A DNA stretch of 13,929 nucleotides from Candidatus Bathyarchaeota archaeon (GTDB lineage: Archaea > Thermoproteota > Bathyarchaeia > TCS64): contig JBDRQD010000022.1 in assembly GCA_043826455.1 (NCBI GenBank), positions 1 through 13,929 on the forward strand. The letters are read 5' to 3'. The notes under the pieces were generated by a model that saw nothing but the letters and a program-made list of their open reading frames with translations, was not told where the DNA came from and did not search any database. Numbering within the stretch: the first letter of the stretch is position 1; each line of letters begins with the position of its first letter. Of the stretch, positions 8,830 to 13,929 are shown one piece after another. Position numbers and translations under genes: made by a program.

Positions 8830-9081
8830 TAGGGCTGCCATGGCAGCTAGTTGCTTTATGCTAGATGTTTTCAGCGTGTCCAGAGGCAGCGCCAGCACTA
8901 TGGTGTTGCTCTGGTTCTTGTTAATGTCGTCGATGGTGCTCAGGATGCGCAGCTGCATGGCGTTGGGGTCCTTCATGTTTTCCGCTGCCTCCTTCAACTT
9001 TATTGAGGCTTGGAGCTCAGCGTTGGCCTTAATGATAGACAAAATTGACGTCCGTAGACGCATCTCGTTATAATGTTTCAT
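8806..9081 (-). pseudogene. C-terminal fragment of an SPFH/stomatin (slipin) protein
   Basis: IIKANAELQASIKLKEAA...AMQLR.L.T......SNTIVL.LPLD.L matches the stomatin coiled-coil and C-terminus. The membrane anchor and SPFH domain are absent, and homology begins near 9036. Confidence 0.65.
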
Positions 9082-9093
9082 ATAAATGAAAAG

Positions 9094-9225
9094 TGCCCGA
9101 ACGGTCTTGCCGGGGGGCGCGTTCTCGCAGAGCCCAAGCCCTGGTACGTTGAAGCCCGTCCCTTCGACTTCCGCGGATTTCCGGCCCTCCGCTTCGTTCG
9201 GCCTTCATCCGCTCCCATTCGGGCA
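9094..9225 (-). ncRNA. Candidate structured non-coding RNA (four-way junction), family unknown
   Basis: 11-bp terminal helix UGCCCGAAUGG/CCGUUCGGGCA (U-G wobble only on the minus strand) and three internal hairpins. It is a GC-rich island between AT-rich flanks, with TATATA about 25 nt upstream and CUUUUCAUUU downstream. Confidence 0.65.
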
Positions 9226-9246
9226 AACCTAGTTACTACGTTTAGA

Positions 9247-9254
9247 GTATATAC
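9247..9254 (-). promoter_or_regulatory. Putative TATA box for the 9094-9225 RNA
   Basis: GTATATAC; the first T of TATATA (9253) is 28 nt upstream of the terminal helix start at 9225, matching archaeal promoter spacing. Confidence 0.5.
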
Positions 9255-9471
9255 TGGTTGCCTTGTATGAACTGGTAAACTCAGAGCACTACGCCCTCAG
9301 CAAACAACCGATAATTGTAACGAACGACTAAAGAACGTCCCGTGTTTCCGGGACATTCCCGACCTTAAAAGGATCGAGTAAAGGTGCGTACCAAAAAAAC
9401 TTGGAGAATCGCATAAACATGAAACGACGCTCTACGTAAATGACTATATTCTCATACAGAAACATGTACCC

Positions 9472-9837
9472 ATGACACCTAAAAAGCTGCTATATGTGGT
9501 AACAAGCGGCCCCGAGAGACCCATGCAGACCATGTCGGCCCTCATGCTGGCCACAACGGCGGCCTCCGCCGGTAACAAGGCAGCCGTCTTCTTCCACCTG
9601 GACGGAGTAAAGTCCGCCACAGCGGAGAATGTAGTAAGAACTAAGCTTGAGGGATTCCCCGGGTTACTCGAGGCCGTTGAACAGGTCCTATCTCTGGGCG
9701 TCCAGTTGTACTCGTCGGAGGAGAGCCTCATTATCCATGGGTTGTCGAGCAGAGACATGTTGCGCGGCGTGGAGGTGGTGGGCTCAGCTAAACTGAACGA
9801 TTTTATGCTCGCCTCTGACGCCGTTCTAAGCCTATAA
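9472..9837 (+). CDS. DsrE/DsrF-like family protein (Cys-free)
   Basis: 121 aa. LYVVTSGPE.P...A..LA..A...G....VFF.LDGV...GV.LY...S....G.....GV.VVG...L..F...SD.VLSL is the DsrE fold pattern. Confidence 0.8.
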   Translation: MTPKKLLYVVTSGPERPMQTMSALMLATTAASAGNKAAVFFHLDGVKSATAENVVRTKLEGFPGLLEAVEQVLSLGVQLYSSEESLIIHGLSSRDMLRGVEVVGSAKLNDFMLASDAVLSL

Positions 9838-9853
9838 AAAAATTAATGTGTGT

Positions 9854-10174
9854 TTAGGGTGAGTCTCTGCGCTCCACGTGGATGGTGGCGCGGGTCACCA
9901 GGGCCGCTATTGCCCCTAGGGCGGCCAGGTAAGGGGCTATGAGGGTGCCGATGGCGGCCGCTGTCACAGGTATCTCAAGGAGCAGCTCGCCCTTCTCGTT
10001 CCTCACCACGATGCGCCTGACGTTGCCCTCGGCTATGAGCTCCCTGACTCTGCCTATGAGGTCGTCGGCGGCTACCGTGACCTCCTCCCAGTGGGTTCCT
10101 TTTGTCTCGGTTCCACACTGTGAGCAGTACCTGTCCTCCTCGGACAGCTCTTCACCACACCTTCTGCAGTACAT
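9854..10174 (-). CDS. Zinc-ribbon + DUF4342 domain protein
   Basis: N-terminal YC..CG...D.YC.QCG ribbon, then EE..V....L...V.ELI.EGNVRRI.V....G..LLEIP.T......AP.LAALG..AAL.T..TI.VER. Confidence 0.85.
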   Translation of the reverse strand: MYCRRCGEELSEEDRYCSQCGTETKGTHWEEVTVAADDLIGRVRELIAEGNVRRIVVRNEKGELLLEIPVTAAAIGTLIAPYLAALGAIAALVTRATIHVERRDSP

Positions 10175-10263
10175 GTTCCTGTTTCAACCCAACGATCTAT
10201 ATCGCTAGTGATATATGGGTTTCTTGAATAAATATGTTACCATTCCTCAAGGACCAGTGGTGT

Positions 10264-10337
10264 TGGTGCGGCTGCCGGGGATCGAACCCGGGTCATCAGC
10301 TTGGGGGGCTGAGATCTTACCACTGGACCACAGCCGC
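10264..10337 (-). tRNA. tRNA-Gly(CCC), CCA encoded, C at position 33
   Basis: Cloverleaf GCGGCTG/CAGCCGC-A-CCA, D-loop AGTGGTA, anticodon arm TCAGC-CCCCCAA-GCTGA and T arm CCGGG-TTCGATC-CCCGG. Confidence 0.95.
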
Positions 10338-10361
10338 TTGCAGAGAATCCTGTGGTGTGGG

Positions 10362-10369
10362 TTTATTAA
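10362..10369 (-). promoter_or_regulatory. TATA box of tRNA-Gly
   Basis: Minus-strand TTAATAAA ending 25 nt upstream of the tRNA 5' end, preceded by purine-rich GGATAAGG. Confidence 0.55.
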
Positions 10370-10428
10370 GCCTTATCCACCGCTTTTCGGAGCTTAAGAA
10401 CCTATATATTGTAACGATATAGCAAATC

Positions 10429-10444
10429 GAAAAACAGTTAAATA
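10429..10444 (+). promoter_or_regulatory. BRE/TATA of the tRNA-Lys / HTH-PRTase unit
   Basis: GAAAAACAG followed by TTAAATA, about 40 nt upstream of tRNA-Lys. Confidence 0.55.
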
Positions 10445-10481
10445 GTGAGTTGATGTAAAATGGTTAACGCCTTAGAGTATT

Positions 10482-10576
10482 GGGCCTGTAGCTCAGCAAG
10501 GTAGAGCATCGGCCTTTTAAGACCTTCAGTGGTCGAAGAGAGCCGTTGGCCAGGGGTTCGAATCCCCTCAGGCCCG
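10482..10576 (+). tRNA. tRNA-Lys(UUU) with a 21-nt intron at 37/38 (intron 10520-10540)
   Basis: Acceptor GGGCCTG/CAGGCCC-G, D arm GCTC/GAGC and T arm AGGGG-TTCGAAT-CCCCT. Canonical bulge-helix-bulge: CUUU/GAAG helix, bulges UA^A and AG^A, intron stem GACC/GGUC. CCA is not encoded. Confidence 0.95.
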
Positions 10577-10601
10577 CCTTAAGGACGAAGGAAGGGGAAG
10601 C

Positions 10602-11327
10602 ATGGCTGAGACGCGCGTTCGTGAACTCAAGTACCGTATGATGATCACTGACTTGTTGAAGGTGGCGAGTGAGACTCACACCTATCAGGAGCTGTCCGAG
10701 GTCCTTGGCCTCAGCCCGCCTATACTTAGCAGGTACATGCGTGGGCACGTGCTCCCCAGCTACCAGCGGGCCCAGGGACTCTACGAGAAGCTTACGGAGA
10801 TCACTGACATCAAGGAAGCCCTCAAGAAACGTATAATGTTTGACGAGGACGGCTACTTCGATAACACTCCGCTCGTGAGCGAGATCACCTGGCTGAAGAT
10901 CATGAGCAACTACGCCATGGAGAAGTTCGCTGGTAGGCGCGTCACCAAAGTCCTTACGGCGGCAGTGGACGGGATTCCGTGCGCTACCCTGGTGGCCAAC
11001 CTCCTCGACATAGACCTCCTGGTGGCCAAGGAGACCAAGGAGGTGGGGATACAGGAGTTCATCGAGGAGACCTACATCCCCAAGGGGAGCGCCATGAGGA
11101 AGAGCCTCTACGTTCCTAAGACGGCCATAAAGAAGAAGGACAGCATCCTCATCATAGACGACGTTGTGAGGAGCGGGGAGACGGTGCTTGCCCTGGTGGA
11201 CCTCGTCAGGAACCAGAGGGCAGACATCGCAGGCATCTATGTGCTGGTGACCGTGGGGGACGACTGGAAGGAGTACTTGGGTAGCATCATAAGCAAGTAC
11301 TCCTTCGAGGTGCTCATAGAGATTTGA
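10602..11327 (+). CDS. HTH + type I phosphoribosyltransferase domain protein (PurR/APRT-like regulator)
   Basis: N-terminal TYQELS..LGLS...LSRY..GHVLPS (HTH), VLTAAVDGIP, PRPP-binding ILIIDDVVRSGET. SD-like GGAAGGGG upstream. Confidence 0.85.
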   Translation: MAETRVRELKYRMMITDLLKVASETHTYQELSEVLGLSPPILSRYMRGHVLPSYQRAQGLYEKLTEITDIKEALKKRIMFDEDGYFDNTPLVSEITWLKIMSNYAMEKFAGRRVTKVLTAAVDGIPCATLVANLLDIDLLVAKETKEVGIQEFIEETYIPKGSAMRKSLYVPKTAIKKKDSILIIDDVVRSGETVLALVDLVRNQRADIAGIYVLVTVGDDWKEYLGSIISKYSFEVLIEI

Positions 11328-11372
11328 GATTAGACAAGGTTTTTATCAATCCTTACGGGTGTAAGTGAGAGC

Positions 11373-11933
11373 ATGTTCAACCTAATCACGCTTAAGGACA
11401 CCATCAGGATACACCCCAGCATGTTCGGGGAGCCCCTCACGGAGGCAGCCTACAAGGAGCTGCGCAGTAAGTATGAGGGCCTGGTGGACGAGGAGCTTGG
11501 CTACATCATCAGCGTGATAAGGCTTGAGGTGAACCCCAACGGCCGCATCATCGCCGGGGACGGTGCGACCCACCACCCCGTGACCTTCGATATTCTGGCG
11601 TTCTTCCCCCAGCTCCAGGAGGTCATCGAGGGGGAGGTGGTGGAGGTGGCCGACTTCGGCACCTTCCTCAGGATAGGGCCAGTGGACGCGCTGCTCCACG
11701 TGAGCCAGCTCATGGACGACTTCATAAGCTACGATGAGCGGCAGGGCGTGCTGCTGGGTAAGGAGAGCGGCCGCACCATAAGCCGCGGCGACGTCTTCAG
11801 GGTCAGGATAGTGGCCGTAAGCTTCCCCAGGGGCCGCAGCGGCGGCAAGATCGGGGTCACTGCCAGGCAGCCGATGCTTGGTAAGATGGATTGGATCGTC
11901 GAGGAGACCAAGACTGGGGAGGAGGAAGAGTAG
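11373..11933 (+). CDS. rpoE1: DNA-directed RNA polymerase subunit E' (Rpo7)
   Basis: DTIRI.P..FG, G.II.GDGAT.H.V.F, S1 domain EGEVVEV.DFG.F.RIGP.DALLH.SQ.MDD, KIG.T.RQP.LGK.DWI. TATA TTTTTAT about 30 nt upstream. Confidence 0.97.
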   Translation: MFNLITLKDTIRIHPSMFGEPLTEAAYKELRSKYEGLVDEELGYIISVIRLEVNPNGRIIAGDGATHHPVTFDILAFFPQLQEVIEGEVVEVADFGTFLRIGPVDALLHVSQLMDDFISYDERQGVLLGKESGRTISRGDVFRVRIVAVSFPRGRSGGKIGVTARQPMLGKMDWIVEETKTGEEEE

Positions 11934-12115
11934 TGCCGCGGGCATGCAGAAGCTGTAAGAGCGTGACGGAGGAAACCGTGTGCCCGGTCTGTAAGGGCAA
12001 CGAGTTCAGTGACGACTTCTCCGGTATTCTGGTGGTGTTGGACCCCGAGAACAGTCTCCTGGCTGAGAAGCTGGAGGCCAAGGAGCCGGGCACCTACGCC
12101 TTGAAGATAAGGTGA
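11933..12115 (+). CDS. spt4: Transcription elongation factor Spt4 (RpoE2)
   Basis: GTG start overlapping the rpoE1 TAG. RAC..C.......CPVC....FS.DFSG..VVLDPE.S.LA.KL....PG.YA.KIR. Confidence 0.93.
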   Translation: MPRACRSCKSVTEETVCPVCKGNEFSDDFSGILVVLDPENSLLAEKLEAKEPGTYALKIR

Positions 12116-12648
12116 GGGCGGCGCCTGAGCTGGATCTCCGTGACCTTGTTCTGCCGATGGATAGGCGCCAGGACCTTAAGGTGCCCCTGGGCGTTCTTCT
12201 CAGGGCCGATGTGTCTGAGAACGTTAGGACGCTGGGCCGGCTTCTGGAGGTGGATGGGCCCCCCATGTGGGCCACCGTGGGCGACTACGTTACCAGCCAC
12301 ATCTTAGGGGCGAAGCTTCTCCCGGATATTGCCGTGGTGGACCACAGGGTCATGAGGGTGGAGGTGGAGCCCTTGGACTTTAAGATGGACACGGTTACGG
12401 TGGTTAACCAGCCGGGCACCGTCTCCGCTGAGGCTCAGAGGGTTCTGCTTGAGGCTATATCCTTAAAAAGGAGGCTGGGGGTAGTTGTCGAAGGTGAAGA
12501 GGATCTACTGGTCCTTCCTCTCATGGCGTGGATGCCAATCGGCTCCGTTGTTGTCTACGGACAACCCCGTGAAGGCATGGTCGTGGTGACCTTGACAGAG
12601 GAGCGGAGAAGATGGGCCAAGGAGTTCATGGACACCATGGAGGAATGA
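12112..12648 (+). CDS. GTP-dependent dephospho-CoA kinase (DUF359/UPF0218)
   Basis: LK.PLG, TVGD.VT, PD.AVVD.R..R, V.N.PGT.S, V.GEEDLL.LP and V.YGQP.EG.V; conserved position between spt4 and rps24e. Confidence 0.9.
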   Translation: MRAAPELDLRDLVLPMDRRQDLKVPLGVLLRADVSENVRTLGRLLEVDGPPMWATVGDYVTSHILGAKLLPDIAVVDHRVMRVEVEPLDFKMDTVTVVNQPGTVSAEAQRVLLEAISLKRRLGVVVEGEEDLLVLPLMAWMPIGSVVVYGQPREGMVVVTLTEERRRWAKEFMDTMEE

Positions 12649-12950
12649 ATGTGAAACTGGAGCTAACTTCAACCAAGGTTAACCCGCTGATAGGTAGACG
12701 CGAGGTAGAGTTCAGGGTCGTTGAGTCAGCTACCCCTACCAGGAGCAGCGTGAAGGTGGAGCTGGCCACAGCCCTGAGAGTCAACCTGGACCAGGTGTAT
12801 GTCCAGGGGATAGAGACCAAGTCTGGGACCCATGTGACTGTCGGTGTGGCCCACGTCTACGATGACCCGGCCACCGCTCTCCGGGTGGAGCCTAAGCACG
12901 TCATCAGGCGCAACGCGCCAAAGGCTGAGGTGAAGGAGGAGACCGCGTAA
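12645..12950 (+). CDS. rps24e: 30S ribosomal protein S24e (eS24)
   Basis: ATG at 12645 overlaps the upstream [13 protein letters not shown]....ATP.R..V...LA......V.V..I.T..G.....G.AHVYD......VEP.H...RN. Confidence 0.93.
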   Translation: MNVKLELTSTKVNPLIGRREVEFRVVESATPTRSSVKVELATALRVNLDQVYVQGIETKSGTHVTVGVAHVYDDPATALRVEPKHVIRRNAPKAEVKEETA

Positions 12951-13114
12951 TGTCGGACAGCGTCGGCAAGCACTATGAGATTAAGGACGGTAAGCTGGAG
13001 AGGAAGCGGCCCTTCTGTAACAGGTGTGGTCGCGGGTACTTCATGGCTGAGCACAGTGATAGGTATACTTGTGGTAACTGCGGGTTCACTGTGTTCAAGA
13101 AGAAGGAAGGCTAG
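12950..13114 (+). CDS. rps27ae: 30S ribosomal protein S27ae (eS31), no ubiquitin fusion; not in the ORF track
   Basis: Translated by hand: [54 protein letters not shown]. It has the C..CG.G.FMA.H.DR..CG.CG zinc finger and a TAATG overlap with rps24e. Confidence 0.95.
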   Translation: MSDSVGKHYEIKDGKLERKRPFCNRCGRGYFMAEHSDRYTCGNCGFTVFKKKEG

Positions 13115-13165
13115 GTTTCTTTGCCCGGATACTCTTAAATCCGGGTCTCTGTTTTTAGGATGCGG

Positions 13166-13243
13166 GAGCCCGTGGCCAAGTCAGGATAAGGCACCGGCCT
13201 TCTAAGCCGGAGATCGAGGGTTCAAATCCCCCCGGGCTCGCCA
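13166..13243 (+). tRNA. tRNA-Arg(UCU), CCA encoded
   Basis: Acceptor GAGCCCG/CGGGCTC-G-CCA, anticodon arm CCGGC-CTTCTAA-GCCGG and T arm GAGGG-TTCAAAT-CCCCC (one A-C mismatch). TATA-like CTTAAAT at 13134-13140. Confidence 0.93.
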
Positions 13244-13577
13244 CCTTGTTTTGGGTTTGTGTTTAGGTGTTTTTGGGGGTTTGTTCCTAGTGGCTGGGAA
13301 TTGTGGATTTTGGGGGGCTCCGGGTTTGTTTCAGGTGGCTTGTAATTCTGCGATATGGGGGTTGATGACAGCTGCGTGGAAGAATGTGAGTTTTTTTCGG
13401 GTTGCATTTGGCTAAATCATGGTTCTGTGGGATTGTGTTTTAATATGGGATCTATGTGGGTCATATCTTGGATCATCGGTGACTCTGTGTCTGATCCCTG
13501 CATCGAATGGGCATAATCTTATCCTCGCCCTGGACTAACTGATTAATCGTGATTATGGTTGGTTTAACTCCACGGTT

Positions 13578-13929
13578 TTACGTCTCCATTTCGTTAAGCA
13601 CTCGGCGATACACTGACACGCTCATTCTGAACCCGGCTTTCATGAGGGCTTCCAGTATCTGGAGCACCTCAGCCTTCGTGACCAAGCCCTGTCTATAGGC
13701 CTTGACCAGGACGCCGAGAGTGCCCACCGGCTTGATGTTTAGAATTATGGAGACTCTCCGAGCCTCCCGGTCGTCGGCGAGGAAGTAGAGGGCTCTGAGT
13801 TGTTTGCAGAGTTTGAGGACCTCCTTCTCTCCTGTGCCCAGCCTGGTGTTAGTGTCGATGAATTGATAATAGTCTACTATCTCAGTCTTCACCCCCGACT
13901 TGATGATCCAGACACCCAAAGCCTACTCG
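13578..13929 (-). pseudogene. PIN-domain / DUF3368 (VapC-like) protein, 5' end outside the window, with an in-frame TAG at 13923-13925
   Basis: LG.GE.EV..L.......L.DD.EARR....L.I...GTLG.L..A...G......L..L...GFR.S..VY...L is the DUF3368 C-terminus. Upstream of the 13919 TTG the frame reads GAG TAG GCT (E-stop-A). Confidence 0.6.

Noticed and set aside
9177..9212. Hammerhead-ribozyme-like string on the minus strand (CGGAUGA-AGGCC...GGCCG-GAAA)
   Set aside because: The core would need CUGANGA and a paired stem II base; here it is CGGAUGA with an A-G mismatch, and these bases pair better as GCGGAU/AUCCGC.
9073..9270. 65-aa plus-strand ORF over the structured element
   Set aside because: No recognisable motif and atypical composition; it is better explained as the antisense of the structured RNA.
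9340..9356. ORB-like replication-origin motif (minus strand TCCCGGAAACACGGG)
   Set aside because: It is a single poor match to TCCAGTGGAAAC-GGGG, is not repeated, and no cdc6/orc1 gene is in the window.
10520..10540. tRNA-Lys intron as a novelty
   Set aside because: Canonical 37/38 position with a standard bulge-helix-bulge; ordinary for archaea.
10215..10748. Short ORFs overlapping tRNA-Gly and tRNA-Lys
   Set aside because: Spurious translations of tRNA genes and their promoters.
11382..11945. Long antisense ORFs (also 1584-2156, 4474-4968, 8328-8726, 45-395 and others)
   Set aside because: Shadow frames of well-supported genes with high third-position GC; they contain no protein motifs.
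12975..13205. 76-aa ORF listed in the track
   Set aside because: Wrong frame; the real gene is rps27ae at 12950-13114, and this ORF runs into tRNA-Arg.
13222..13407. 61-aa minus-strand ORF rich in P/N/Q/K
   Set aside because: An artefact of the G/T-skewed low-complexity tract; it overlaps the tRNA.
1..13929. CRISPR array, transposase, integrase or defence-system genes
   Set aside because: No regularly spaced direct repeats and no recombinase, transposase or Cas motifs were seen in the window.

Overview
Core chromosomal window of an archaeon of the TACK lineage, most likely Bathyarchaeia (inferred from eS25, the rpoE1-spt4-DUF359-eS24-eS31 gene order, a BHB tRNA intron, a stand-alone AsnC domain and frequent TTG/GTG starts close to TATA boxes). 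It holds about 20 housekeeping or conserved-hypothetical CDSs: HAD hydrolase, Lrp/AsnC RAM domain, TiaS, flavin reductase, a tandem DUF4438 pair, proteasome alpha, eS25, cyclophilin-like protein, RimK-like ligase, TPR protein, UppP, DsrE-like protein, DUF4342, HTH-PRTase, RpoE1, Spt4, dephospho-CoA kinase, eS24 and eS31/S27ae (the last is missed by the ORF track). It also has three tRNA genes (Gly-CCC, intron-containing Lys-UUU, Arg-UCU) and two probable gene remnants (an SPFH/slipin C-terminus and a PIN/DUF3368 gene with an in-frame TAG). The most notable observations are: (1) an unannotated 132-nt minus-strand element at 9094-9225 that folds into a four-way junction with a k-turn-like GA/GA motif, a TATA box upstream and a U-tract downstream, a candidate novel archaeal ncRNA; (2) a coupled DUF4438 pair in which one paralogue lacks the His/Asp motifs of the other; (3) tRNA-Gly(CCC) with C33 instead of the near-universal U33, and an A-C mismatch in the tRNA-Arg T-stem; (4) a Cys-free DsrE-fold protein. 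All family assignments come from motif recognition by eye; no searches were run.
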